From NCBI GenBank assembly GCA_035650735.1, contig DASRGZ010000017.1, positions 1-64,000 on the forward strand: a stretch of DNA of 64,000 bases, given 5' to 3'. Source of the stretch: Chthonomonadaceae bacterium (GTDB lineage: Bacteria; Armatimonadota; Chthonomonadetes; Chthonomonadales; Chthonomonadaceae). A program made the translations under genes and the position numbers. Under the pieces are notes generated by a model. It was not told where the DNA came from. It saw only the letters and a program-made list of their open reading frames with translations, and searched no databases. Shown piece by piece: positions 37,012 to 47,219 of this stretch. The stretch's first letter is position 1; every line of letters starts with the position of its first letter.

Positions 37012-38766
37012 ATGTCTACCCTGCGCCGCCTGCTGCGCGTCTCCCGCCCGCAGTTTCCCCTGATTCTGCTGGCGGTGTTTTGTTCGCTGATCAATAATGC
37101 TGCCGTGCTGGTGCCCTCGGCGCTGGTGCAGCGTGCCATTGATGTCGCCATTCCGCGCCACAACATTCGCCTTCTGGTGGGGCTATCGCTGACGGTCCTG
37201 GTTGTGGCGGCGCTGCGGGGAATTTTCATCTTCCTCAACATCTACTGCATCGAGTCGGCGGCGCAGCGTACCTGCTTCCAGTTGCGCAATGCCCTCTACG
37301 ACCACCTCCAGCGGCTCTCGTTCCGCTTCTACGACCAGGCTCAGACCGGACAGTTAATGTCGCGGGCGACCAGCGACGTGGACGCCCTGCGCCGCTTCCT
37401 GGGCTTCGGCATGCATAACATCATGTCCAACGCCGTCGTCTTCGTGGGGGTGCTGGCGGTCTGTTTCTACATCAACCCGGTGCTGTCACTGGTGGCGCTC
37501 TTTACGCTGCCGGCCATGATCGCCACCGCCGTTACCTACAGCCGCAAGCTCCACCCGACCTATAGCGCCGTGCAGCAGCAGACCGCCGAGCTAACGGCCC
37601 TGCTGCAAGAGAACATTATCGGCGTGCGGCTGGTCAAGACGTTTGCGCGGGAGCCGGCGGAGCGGGCGCGGGTGGCCAGGGAGATGCGCAAGCTGGTGGA
37701 CCAGAACCTCAAGGCCGCCCGCATCACTGCCTACTACTCGCCCCTGCTCGACTTCCTGACGGCCATCGGGACGACGGCGGTGTTCCTGGTGGGCGGCTGG
37801 CAGGTGATGCACGGCTATCTGAAGCTGGGGCAGTTGATCCAGTTTAACCTGCTGCTGTTTCAGTTGATCTGGCCGGTGCGCTCGATGGGCTTCATGCTCA
37901 ACACGGTGCAGAGCGCGATAGCTTCCGGCCAGCGCGTCTTTGAGATCCTGGATATTGAGGCGGAGGTACACGCCGCGCCGGATGCCAGGCCGCTGCCGCC
38001 CGTGAAGGGTCACGTCTGCTTCGCGAACGTGACGTTCCGCTACACGCATGACGATCCGCCCGTTCTAGAACAGATCACGCTGGATGTGCCGCCCGGCCAG
38101 ACCGTCGCCATCCTGGGGGCGACGGGCAGCGGCAAGAGCACTATCCTGCAACTGCTGCCCCGCTTCTACGACCCGACCGAGGGCCGCATCCTCATTGACG
38201 GCATAGACATCCGTACCGTGACCCTGGAGTCGCTGCGCGCCAATATCGGCCTTGTGGCGCAGGAGAGCTTCCTCTTCTCGGAGACCCTGCACGCCAACAT
38301 CGCCTACGGTAAGCCCAACGCGACTCAGGAGGAGGTCGAGGCGGCGGCAAAGGCGGCGCATATCCATGATTTCATCCTATCGCTGCCCGAGGGCTATGAC
38401 ACGGTCATCGGGGAGCGGGGCATCACCCTTTCGGGCGGGCAGAAACAGCGCATGGCTATCGCCCGCGCCCTACTCTTAAATCCCCGCATCCTCATCCTGG
38501 ACGACTCGCTGGCCAGCGTGGACACGCAGACGGAAGCGGCCATCCAGCGCGCCCTGGCGGTGCTCATGCGGGGCCGCACGACCTTCCTCATCGCGCAGCG
38601 CCTCTCCACCGTCAAGCTGGCTGACCGGATCGTGGTGCTGGAGGAGGGCCGCATCGTCGAGGAGGGCACACACGCCGAGCTGATGGCCCGGAACGGCTTC
38701 TATGCCGACCTCTACCGTACCCAGTTCGCCTCTCAGGAGCCACCGCAGGCGGTAGCGGCTATCTGA
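37012..38766 (+). CDS. ABC exporter, fused TMD-NBD (degenerate-site subunit)
   Basis: GATGSGKS, LSGGQKQR, Walker B ILILDDS and switch AQR. Confidence 0.93.
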   Translation: MSTLRRLLRVSRPQFPLILLAVFCSLINNAAVLVPSALVQRAIDVAIPRHNIRLLVGLSLTVLVVAALRGIFIFLNIYCIESAAQRTCFQLRNALYDHLQRLSFRFYDQAQTGQLMSRATSDVDALRRFLGFGMHNIMSNAVVFVGVLAVCFYINPVLSLVALFTLPAMIATAVTYSRKLHPTYSAVQQQTAELTALLQENIIGVRLVKTFAREPAERARVAREMRKLVDQNLKAARITAYYSPLLDFLTAIGTTAVFLVGGWQVMHGYLKLGQLIQFNLLLFQLIWPVRSMGFMLNTVQSAIASGQRVFEILDIEAEVHAAPDARPLPPVKGHVCFANVTFRYTHDDPPVLEQITLDVPPGQTVAILGATGSGKSTILQLLPRFYDPTEGRILIDGIDIRTVTLESLRANIGLVAQESFLFSETLHANIAYGKPNATQEEVEAAAKAAHIHDFILSLPEGYDTVIGERGITLSGGQKQRMAIARALLLNPRILILDDSLASVDTQTEAAIQRALAVLMRGRTTFLIAQRLSTVKLADRIVVLEEGRIVEEGTHAELMARNGFYADLYRTQFASQEPPQAVAAI

Positions 38767-38781
38767 CCCTCGGCCCTGAAA

Positions 38782-39062
38782 GCGGCAGGCTAACCCCTGC
38801 CGATGTGGGCCGCTTTGCGCCCGTCGCCCACCTGCGTGGGCGAGACTCTCTGCCTGCGCAGATAGCATCACGCACGGCCTGGCGGCAGTCGACGTATGGG
38901 AAGACCTCTCATTCCGTATGCTGCCCACGTAGGTGGGCAGCGGGCCTGGCTAGGCGGAGATCGCCAGGCAGAGCCGCGAACCGTTGAGCGGTGTCTCTGG
39001 CAGTCGAGCGTGCGCAGTTCCGACCCTAGCAGAGCCCCACAGCGGCAGGGTTTAGCCTGCCG
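38782..39062. repeat. Family-B REPIN-like element, copy 2 (281 bp)
   Basis: Homologous to 30517-30796 except for a central segment of about 60 bp. Confidence 0.9.
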
Positions 39063-39083
39063 GGAGAGAGGGACAGGAGATTA

Positions 39084-40790
39084 TCAGCGCTTTGCCATCT
39101 GCGCGCCGGCGGGCAAGTATTGCCGATTGCGCGGCAGCCACTTCTCCTGGTAGAAGCGCGGATAGTGCTGGCGGTAGAAGTCGGCGAGCGCAGTATAGAA
39201 CTGCTGGGTCTTGGAGCGGTCTTGCGGCCCGCCGAAATCCAGCAACGTGGTGTTGATCAAGCTGGCGTGCTTGGCGATCAGGGCTTTTAAGTCGCCGTCG
39301 CCCGTGATGGCCTCAGAATACATGGCCTTGACGGCGCGATTAAACTCGTTGGTGGGCGGCTCTCGCAGGCCGAACTGGCGCGGCAGCGGCGGCGCGGGCG
39401 CGGTGTGCAGCGCATCATAGAGGCGGATATAATCCGGCGGAAAGACCTGGCTGAGCGGCTTGTCCAGCAGGTTCTCTTTGGGCTTGTAGGGCAGCGTCAG
39501 CAGCGTGGCGTAGATGCTGTTGCGCTTGCCGAGCGCCTTGGATTGCTGCGCCTGGGCGCGCATGTTGTTGAGGAAGACGTCGCCGTAGAACCATTCCTTG
39601 ACCCACTCGAAGGCTACTTCTAGCTGCTCGGGCGTCAATGTGGGGTCGAAGCCGATCAGGTTGGTCATCGGCAGCAGCGTTCGCAGGCCCGTAGCGTCGC
39701 CGGGCGTTGTGACCATGCCGACCGTCTGAGCAAAGGGCTTGTCGGGGCCGAACTTGAGCGGGTTTTCCAGGCTCTCGGCGGGGAGGTGCGCCGCCCAACT
39801 CACGATCATGGCGGCGTGGCTGGCATCGAACTCCTGGTGGTACTCAAACCAACCCATCGAGACGGTGGTGTTGACGGACTTATCCACGTTGACCATCTCG
39901 CGGGCGTTCTTAAGCGATTCGAGCACCAGCGGGTCGTCGGCATTGAAGCGCCAGGTATGCTTGCCGGTCAGGTCCGGCACGTAGAGGCGCAGGCCGTGCG
40001 CGTTATTGAACAAGAAGTCGCTCATCTCGTAGGCGAAGCCAAAGCGTTTCTTCGCAGGGTTCGTGAGCTTCTTACAGGCGGCGCGGAAGTCCTCCCAGGT
40101 CCAGTCGGAGCGCGGCCCCGGCTCGCCGTACTCGTTGAAGATGCCCGCCTCCCGGAACCAATCCTTGCGGTAGCGGATGACGACGGCGGAGAGCTCGTTG
40201 GCGGCCAGCGTATAGATGTGGCCGTTGAGGGTGCCCTCATGGACGGACGCCTCCGGCTGCATCTTGGCCTGGTCCCACTTCTGCATCAGGGGCGTCAGGT
40301 CGGCGTAGAGGCCCTGCTCGATGGTCTGAGGCACGTCGCGGGCGATATAGTAGGCCGGGGCGTGGCGCGAGTTGATGGCGACGGCCAGCGCCGATTTGTA
40401 GTTGTCCGACCACATATCGAAGTTTATGTATTCCATCCGCACGCGCGGGTGCTTGAGTTCAAACAGGGATTGGTTATAGAGGCCCATCAGCGTGATTAGG
40501 TCGCCGCTGTGGATAGTCTTCTCCAGCGGCGTCTTGTAGGGGCCGGAGTCAAAGGGCAGCAGGACGCCGCCCCAGCTTGCCGGGACGCGCAGCACGACGT
40601 TTCGATAGCGGGCCTGCTCGCCCTGAGTAAGCAGTTGGAATTCGCCGGGCGTGATCTCCTTTGCCGCCTTGCCTGCCTGGTTTTGCGACTGATTCCCACA
40701 GCCCGATAGCCCGCCCGCACCGACGAGCGCTAGCGCCGCCGCCAACAGCGGCCACACCCCCTGCCGTTTCCTATCCTGCCCAATGCGCAT
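39084..40790 (-). CDS. Extracellular solute-binding lipoprotein (carbohydrate SBP family 1-like)
   Basis: Lipobox LSGC, GLYADLTP, YRKDWFREAG and WTWEDF. Confidence 0.85.
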   Translation of the reverse strand: MRIGQDRKRQGVWPLLAAALALVGAGGLSGCGNQSQNQAGKAAKEITPGEFQLLTQGEQARYRNVVLRVPASWGGVLLPFDSGPYKTPLEKTIHSGDLITLMGLYNQSLFELKHPRVRMEYINFDMWSDNYKSALAVAINSRHAPAYYIARDVPQTIEQGLYADLTPLMQKWDQAKMQPEASVHEGTLNGHIYTLAANELSAVVIRYRKDWFREAGIFNEYGEPGPRSDWTWEDFRAACKKLTNPAKKRFGFAYEMSDFLFNNAHGLRLYVPDLTGKHTWRFNADDPLVLESLKNAREMVNVDKSVNTTVSMGWFEYHQEFDASHAAMIVSWAAHLPAESLENPLKFGPDKPFAQTVGMVTTPGDATGLRTLLPMTNLIGFDPTLTPEQLEVAFEWVKEWFYGDVFLNNMRAQAQQSKALGKRNSIYATLLTLPYKPKENLLDKPLSQVFPPDYIRLYDALHTAPAPPLPRQFGLREPPTNEFNRAVKAMYSEAITGDGDLKALIAKHASLINTTLLDFGGPQDRSKTQQFYTALADFYRQHYPRFYQEKWLPRNRQYLPAGAQMAKR

Positions 40791-41122
40791 ACGTATCTTT
40801 CCCTTCCATTGCATACTTTCGGGTAACATGTCGTTCTATTCACCTGCGCGGGGTCAAATCCCTTCCTCTGACGAGAGGTCCTACGGCGGCAGCGATTTCG
40901 CGCGACGGTGAATGAAATACCGCTCGTTTGCGTACATAATTGCATAGGACCCGATGCTTTTATGGCCTCGGGTCAAATCGATTCAGCGCGCAGGTTTGGT
41001 TTCCCCTGGATGCAGGCAGGAACCGCAGGAGGGTCAGGCCAATAGTAAGGCACAGCCTCAGGACGGGCGGGGACGGGACGCCGGAAGAACACCCTGCGCG
41101 CTGTCAGAAAGGATTGCCTAAC

Positions 41123-43807
41123 GTGGAAGCCAGCGTTTCCGCGCTCGGCGCAAACTGCCGTGTCGCAGAGAATGTTGTTCCTGCTGTTTTGCCCAATGGG
41201 CTAAGAGTGCTGGTCAAGGAGAACCACAGCGCCCCGGTGGTCGCCCTGCTGGTAGCCGTGCAGGTGGGCTACTTTAACGAGCCGGATCGACTCAACGGCC
41301 TCTCGCACCTCATCGAGCACATGATGTTCAAGGGCACGCCGCGCCGCCGCGAAGATGAGCAGATAGCGCGCGAGGTGCGCGAACTGGGCGGCCTCATTAA
41401 CGCCGGGACTTACTACGAGGAGACCTCTTACTATGTCGTAGCGCCCAGCCAGCACTTAGAGCGCCTGATGGAGATCCAGGCGGACGCCGTCCAGAACTCC
41501 CTGTTCGATGCCGGCGAGCTAGCCAAGGAGATCGAGGTCGTCGTGCAGGAGAGCCTGCAAAAGCGGGACAACCCGACCGCCATGCTCTACGAGACGCTCT
41601 ACTCTCTGGCCTATGACGTGCACCGCATCCGGCGCTGGCGCATCGGCCATCCGGAGACGCTGCGCGCCCTGACCCGCGACGACCTGGTACAGTTCGTTCA
41701 GGAGACCTATCGCCCGGAGAACATGATCCTGGCCATCGTGGGCGCTGTGGACGCGGAGCAGGCGCTGACCCTGGCGCGGCGGTACTGGGGCGACGTGCCG
41801 CGCGGCACGCTCAAGCGCGAGATCTCCCCGGTTGAGCCCCCGCGCGAGGGGTTCCGCTACAGGCGCATGACCGGCGACACGCGCCAGCGATTGCTGCTGA
41901 TGGGGCTGCCCGCCCCGTCCATCCTGCATCCCGACGCGCCGCCGCTGATGGTGCTGGGCGCGCTGCTGAGCGATGGACGTTCCGCCAGGCTGTACCGCCG
42001 CCTGAAAGAGGAGCTGCGGCTGGTCAACAGCGCCTGGGCCTCCTACGAAGGGTTCGAGCAGATGGGCCTCTTCACCCTCGGCGCGGAGAGTATCGGGGAT
42101 GATCCGCTGCCGGTGGAGCGTGCGCTCTGGGCGGAGGTGGAGCGCATCCGGCGCGAGCCGGTGGACGCCGAGGAGCTGGAGCGGGTCAAGACGCGCATTG
42201 AGACCCGCCGTCTGACCGCGCAGGAGGAAGTCCTGGGTGTGGCGCGCACCCTGGCGACCTACGAGGCGCTGGGCGATTACCGCCTGGCCGATGCCATGCT
42301 GGAGCGCCTGCGCGCCGTGACCGCAGACGACGTGCGCCGCGTCGCCAACACCTATCTACAGCTATCACGCGCCGCGCTGCTGGAGTACCTGCCGGCGATG
42401 GCGGAATTGCCGTTCGAGCCGACCGCTGCCGAGGTGGAGAGCGCGCTGCGCGCCGAGGAGCGGCCTGGCGGCGCGGAAGCCGTATTGGAACCGCCGCGCG
42501 CACTGGAACTGCACCCGGAGGGCCGCATTCCCTGCATTGTGCGCAACAGACACGTGGCGGAGGTTTCCGCTCCCCAGGAGATCGCGCTGCCTAACGGCGG
42601 CAAGTTGCTCTACAAGGCGCGGCGGGACCTGCCGCTGGTCTCCATCTACGCGCTGTTTCGCGGCGGGCGCCGGCTGGAGACGCGCGCCAACGCGGGCATC
42701 ACCAACTTGATGCTCAAGTCGGGCATGAAAGGCACGCGCTCGTTTACTGCGGAGGAGATCGCCAATCGTATCGAGGGCCTGGGCTCGGGCATCGGGATGT
42801 CGCTGGCCCCGGATTACTTCGGCTACGGCATCAAGCTGCGCAAGGAGGCGCTGCGCGAAGGGTTCCCAATCCTTGCGGAAGTCATGACCTGCCCGAAGTT
42901 CGCGCCGGAGGAGGTCGAGCGGGAGAAGCAGTCCATCTACGCCGAGATCCGCCGCCAGCAGGACAACAACTTTGCGCTGGCCTACGACCTGTTCGCCTCC
43001 GCCTGCTACGGCGAGCATCCCTACGGCCTGCCCGCCAACGGCATCGCCGAGGCCGTCGCGGATCTGGGGCCGGACGACCTGCGGGCCTGGCACGCCCGCC
43101 ACCTCGTCGCGGAGAACCTGGTGGTCGGCATTGTCGGCGATATTGAGGCGGAAGAGGCAGCAGAGCTCTTTGCCGATCTGCTTCCGGTTTCCGGCACGCA
43201 CGCCGCCGCGTTCTGGGGAGCGGCGGGAGAGAGCCCGGAAGAGCCTGCCGAGCGCGCGACCTACCGGCAGAAGCAGCAGACGGCGGCGGTGCTGGGCTTC
43301 CCCGGAGCCAGCCTCTTCCATCCCGACCGGTACGCCCTCGACCTGCTGGAAGGGATTACCTCCGGCATGGGCGGGCGGTTCTTTCGCACGGTGCGCGGCG
43401 AGAACGCGCTGGCCTATCAGGTGACCAGCTTCCACCGTGCGCGCCTGAATACAGGCAACTTCATCGCTTATACCGCGACCTCCCCGGAGAACGAGGAGAA
43501 GGCGCGCGAGCTGCTGCTGAGCGAATGTGAGCGGCTGGGCCGCGAGTTCGTGGGGCCGGAGGAATTAGCGGCGGCCAAAGCCGCGATCCTGGGCGAGCAC
43601 ATCATCGGCACGCAGACCTTCGGCGCGCAGGCGGGCGAACTGGCGACGTCCGGCATTTACGGCCTGCCCCCGGACGAGCCGCAGCGGTATCTGGCCCGCA
43701 TCGAGGCGACGACCGCCGAAGAAGTGCGCGCCGCCGCCGCGCGGTATTTGCAGCCGGACCGCTACTGGCTGGGCGTGGTGCGGGGGGGGGCCGAAGCAGA
43801 GGAGTAG
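41123..43807 (+). CDS. M16 (pitrilysin/insulinase) zinc peptidase
   Basis: LPNGLRV, HLIEHMMFKGT (HXXEH) and a duplicated M16 architecture. Confidence 0.95.
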   Translation: MEASVSALGANCRVAENVVPAVLPNGLRVLVKENHSAPVVALLVAVQVGYFNEPDRLNGLSHLIEHMMFKGTPRRREDEQIAREVRELGGLINAGTYYEETSYYVVAPSQHLERLMEIQADAVQNSLFDAGELAKEIEVVVQESLQKRDNPTAMLYETLYSLAYDVHRIRRWRIGHPETLRALTRDDLVQFVQETYRPENMILAIVGAVDAEQALTLARRYWGDVPRGTLKREISPVEPPREGFRYRRMTGDTRQRLLLMGLPAPSILHPDAPPLMVLGALLSDGRSARLYRRLKEELRLVNSAWASYEGFEQMGLFTLGAESIGDDPLPVERALWAEVERIRREPVDAEELERVKTRIETRRLTAQEEVLGVARTLATYEALGDYRLADAMLERLRAVTADDVRRVANTYLQLSRAALLEYLPAMAELPFEPTAAEVESALRAEERPGGAEAVLEPPRALELHPEGRIPCIVRNRHVAEVSAPQEIALPNGGKLLYKARRDLPLVSIYALFRGGRRLETRANAGITNLMLKSGMKGTRSFTAEEIANRIEGLGSGIGMSLAPDYFGYGIKLRKEALREGFPILAEVMTCPKFAPEEVEREKQSIYAEIRRQQDNNFALAYDLFASACYGEHPYGLPANGIAEAVADLGPDDLRAWHARHLVAENLVVGIVGDIEAEEAAELFADLLPVSGTHAAAFWGAAGESPEEPAERATYRQKQQTAAVLGFPGASLFHPDRYALDLLEGITSGMGGRFFRTVRGENALAYQVTSFHRARLNTGNFIAYTATSPENEEKARELLLSECERLGREFVGPEELAAAKAAILGEHIIGTQTFGAQAGELATSGIYGLPPDEPQRYLARIEATTAEEVRAAAARYLQPDRYWLGVVRGGAEAEE

Positions 43808-43814
43808 AATCGGC

Positions 43815-44603
43815 ATGTTGCGGCACGAGGAAACGATGGAGCAGGAGCCGCCTGCGGCGCAGGTGCGGGTGTCGCCGCAGGAGCTGGCGCAGGCGGTGGC
43901 TACGGTCGAAGCCCGCAAAGAGGCCGAAACCCGCCGGCAGATGGATACGATACCCATCGGCGAGGCGGTCCAGCAGCTTGGCCTGTACGTCTCTCCGGAA
44001 GAGGTGCTGGCCGAAATCAAGGGGCAGCGCGCGTCGGCGGCCATCGCGGCAGCAGCGACCCGCAAGCGCCGACGACGACTCACGCTTACCGGCGCGCTGC
44101 TTACTCTATCGCTGGCGGCAAATCTGCTTCTCGTTACGCTGCTGCTCTCTGTAAACAATCGTCCTATGCCCGCTCCTGACATGGCCCCGGCAACGCCGTT
44201 TACAGAGACGCTGCCCTACGGCCAGCGCCGCCTCTCCGATGTCGCCGATAATGAGGTCGTCTATAGCAACCTCTACGCCATCCACGAACTCAATCAGGGC
44301 AAGCAGCCTTCGGAAGTGCTTGTCTCTACAGAGACAGGCAACACAAATCAGTGGGCGCTGGTGAAGTTAAACGACAAGCTCTACGTGCGGGGGCTGGCGA
44401 CGCCGGGCACGGTCGTCATGGAAGGAACGCGGAAGTTTAATCTGCTCTCCGGCCCATCGAACACTCTGCTCATGGGCGGGGGCCTGGTTCCAAAAACCGT
44501 GCCGGTGGAAGAATTTAAAGCGAAATTGGACCCCGATTACGCCGATCAGAACGGAGTGGAGGCGGTCTATATTCCGGGCTTGACTTCGGAAACAGGGAAA
44601 TAG
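43815..44603 (+). CDS. Hypothetical single-TM protein
   Basis: RBS GAGGAG. Basic patch followed by a TM helix. Confidence 0.7.
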   Translation: MLRHEETMEQEPPAAQVRVSPQELAQAVATVEARKEAETRRQMDTIPIGEAVQQLGLYVSPEEVLAEIKGQRASAAIAAAATRKRRRRLTLTGALLTLSLAANLLLVTLLLSVNNRPMPAPDMAPATPFTETLPYGQRRLSDVADNEVVYSNLYAIHELNQGKQPSEVLVSTETGNTNQWALVKLNDKLYVRGLATPGTVVMEGTRKFNLLSGPSNTLLMGGGLVPKTVPVEEFKAKLDPDYADQNGVEAVYIPGLTSETGK

Positions 44604-44641
44604 CCAGGGCAGGCATTTTCAAGCGAAAAGGAGGAGAGGCA

Positions 44642-45673
44642 ATGCGCGCAGTGGTCAACTACGAGCGAGCGCCCTACAAGGTGGCGCTGCAGGAGAAGCC
44701 GGTACCGGAAATTGGCGAGGAGGATGTGTTGCTGGCGGTCAAGGGCGTGGGCGTCTGCGGCAGCGACCTGCATCAGTGGCATGCCTCGCACTCCTGGCCG
44801 GTCAACTACCCGGTGACTCTGGGGCACGAGTTCTGCGGCGTCATTGCGCAGGCGGGCCGGAAAGTTCAGGGCTTTCAGGAGGGCGACCGTGTGGTCAGCG
44901 AGACGGCGGCCTCCATCTGCGGCCAGTGCGTCTACTGCCGGAGCGGCAACTACAACCTCTGTCCGAAGCGCCAGGGGTTCGGCTACGGCCTGGACGGCGC
45001 GATGGCCGACTACGTGCGCGTTCCCGCCCGCTGCCTGCACCACATCCCCGACCACGTTCCCTTTGAGGATGCGGCCATGACCGAGCCGGCCTGCGTGGCC
45101 TGCAACGCGGTCATGGAGCTTTCGCGCATCACGCCGGGGGATACGGTGGTCGTGCTTGGGCCGGGCACCATCGGGCTGATGGCCGTGCAGATGTGCAAGC
45201 TATGCGGGCCGGGGAAGCTGGTGCTCGTGGGCACGTCGCGGGACGCGGCGCGGCTGGAGGTCGGTAAGCAGTTGGGCGCGGACCTCACCCTGATGGCCGA
45301 CCAGGAAGACGCGGTAGGGCAGGTGAAGGCGTTAGGGGACGGCTTCGGCGCGCATCTGGTGGTGGACTGCGTGGGCCTCTCCGCCGCGCTCAAGCCGGCC
45401 CTGGAAATGGTGCGCCCGGCGGGCCAGATCACCAAAGTCGGTTGGGGCAAAGAGCCGGTCGGCTTCTCGCTCGATCCGCTGGTACAGAAGGCAGCCACGC
45501 TGCAAGGCTCTTTCTCCCATACTTACGAGACCTGGGAGCGGGTCATCGGCCTGATGGGCAACGGCCAGCTTCACCTGGCTCCCATGCGCCGCGTCTTTCC
45601 TCTCGACGACTGGGAAAACGCCTTCAAGACGATGGACTCGCTGGCCATCGCCAAAAGCGTGCTGGCGCCATAA
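44642..45673 (+). CDS. Zn-dependent medium-chain dehydrogenase (sorbitol/threonine DH-like)
   Basis: CGSDLH, GHEFCG, CGQCVYC..NLC and GPGTIG. Confidence 0.95.
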   Translation: MRAVVNYERAPYKVALQEKPVPEIGEEDVLLAVKGVGVCGSDLHQWHASHSWPVNYPVTLGHEFCGVIAQAGRKVQGFQEGDRVVSETAASICGQCVYCRSGNYNLCPKRQGFGYGLDGAMADYVRVPARCLHHIPDHVPFEDAAMTEPACVACNAVMELSRITPGDTVVVLGPGTIGLMAVQMCKLCGPGKLVLVGTSRDAARLEVGKQLGADLTLMADQEDAVGQVKALGDGFGAHLVVDCVGLSAALKPALEMVRPAGQITKVGWGKEPVGFSLDPLVQKAATLQGSFSHTYETWERVIGLMGNGQLHLAPMRRVFPLDDWENAFKTMDSLAIAKSVLAP

Positions 45674-45816
45674 GCGCCGGCGCGACGCGCTCAAGATCCT
45701 CACCAATGGTGGTTCCTCTCCCCTTCTTGATAACTTGAGAAGAGTTACATCGGAGGATGCAGGCGTTGTCACGCGGGTGTTACGAGGCGGGGCAGACGCC
45801 AACGGCTCGCGCTCGG

Positions 45817-46278
45817 CTACCGCTCGGTGGCAAGCCCAGGTTCTTGAGCGCAGGGCGCCTGGCTGTTCGTACCCGTGCTGAAGATAAGAGCCGATGCCAT
45901 CTCCGCTACCGTCGAGGCCCGAAAGCTCTGCTCGACCGCCTCCATCGCCTCATCCAGCCGCCGATGCAGCGCGCAAAGCTGGCGCTCGTGCGCCGGATTG
46001 TTCAGCGGGCACTTCGTTATACGACGGATCGGATCGACCGCCTGGATGACCTCATAGATCGTCAGTTTCTCCGCCGGGATAGCCAGGGTAAAGCCCCCGC
46101 CCAGCCCGCGCTGAGACAACACCAGCTCATGCCGGGCCAACGCCTGCATCACCTTGGCCAGGTAGCCGGCAGGCACCTGGGTTGCCGCAGCGATCTGCTG
46201 GATCGTATGGGGCTTGTTGCCCTGTTCGGCCAGAAAGACAACCGCCCGCAGAGCATACTCCGCCGTCTGTGAAAGCAT
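45817..46278 (-). CDS. Rrf2-family transcriptional regulator
   Basis: TAEYALRA, YLAKV, SQRGLGGGF and C..H..C..H. Confidence 0.93.
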   Translation of the reverse strand: MLSQTAEYALRAVVFLAEQGNKPHTIQQIAAATQVPAGYLAKVMQALARHELVLSQRGLGGGFTLAIPAEKLTIYEVIQAVDPIRRITKCPLNNPAHERQLCALHRRLDEAMEAVEQSFRASTVAEMASALIFSTGTNSQAPCAQEPGLATER

Positions 46279-46312
46279 CGCCTATCCCCTTTTTGACGGA
46301 TTTTAAGCTATA

Positions 46313-46357
46313 TCAGGATAAAAAGGTCTTGAAATCTAATATATCCTGTGCTATCCT
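46313..46357 (+). promoter_or_regulatory. ric promoter with overlapping imperfect palindrome (putative Rrf2 operator)
   Basis: TTGAAA-17 bp-TATCCT. TCAGGA-N8-TCTTGA overlaps the -35. Confidence 0.65.
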
Positions 46358-46477
46358 TTCTGTCAAGAACCGATAAACATTTACGCTGCCAGGGGCAGGC
46401 TTTCCTGAAGCCCTCTGCTCTCTTTGCCGAGGCTTGGAAGCCTTACCCAACAGCACGGAAAGAAAGGAAGACGGTAA

Positions 46478-47203
46478 ATGGCACACACACCCACACTGGA
46501 TAGGACCGTAGGCCAGTTAGTTGCCGAGCAGCCGGCCCGCTCGCGGATCTTTGAGCGGCTAGGGATCGATTACTGCTGCGGCGGAGGCCGTTCGCTGGCC
46601 GATGCCTGCGCGGCAAAGCGCCTGGACGCGCAGGCGGTGCTGCGCGATCTGGAAGCCTGCGATGCCGCCGCGCCCGCGCCGGAAACGGACTGGACGCAGG
46701 CGACATTGACCGAACTCTGCGATCATATCGAGCAGACGCATCACGCCTATTTACGGCAGGCGCTTCCCCGCCTGAGCGCCCTGACGGAGAAGGTCGCCAG
46801 AGCGCATGGCGCAAAGGACCCGAGGCTGCTGGATCTCCACGCCACCTTCGGCGGCCTGCGCGCCGAACTGGAGGCGCACATGGCCAAGGAGGAGTTCATC
46901 CTCTTCCCGCTGTGCCGCCAGCTGGAGGGAGCGACCGCGCGGCCCCGCTTCCACTGCGGCTCCGTGCAAAACCCGATCCGGGTGATGGTGGCCGAGCATG
47001 CCGACGCGGGCGAGGCGTTGGAGGAGATGCGGGCGCTGACCGACGACTTCACTCCGCCGGTGGGAGCCTGCAACACCTACCGGGCGATGCTTCAGGCGCT
47101 GGAGGAGCTGGAAGCAGACCTGCATCAGCACGTCCACAAGGAGAATAACCTTCTCTTCCCCAGAGCCGCAGAGGCAGAAGCGGCGCTCGCGCCGGCAGAG
47201 TAG
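46478..47203 (+). CDS. ric: Iron-sulfur cluster repair di-iron protein (YtfE/ScdA)
   Basis: GIDYCCGG, HHAYLR, HMAKEEFILFP and HVHKENNLLFP. Confidence 0.96.
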   Translation: MAHTPTLDRTVGQLVAEQPARSRIFERLGIDYCCGGGRSLADACAAKRLDAQAVLRDLEACDAAAPAPETDWTQATLTELCDHIEQTHHAYLRQALPRLSALTEKVARAHGAKDPRLLDLHATFGGLRAELEAHMAKEEFILFPLCRQLEGATARPRFHCGSVQNPIRVMVAEHADAGEALEEMRALTDDFTPPVGACNTYRAMLQALEELEADLHQHVHKENNLLFPRAAEAEAALAPAE

Positions 47204-47219
47204 GTTAAGGAGTAAGGCG

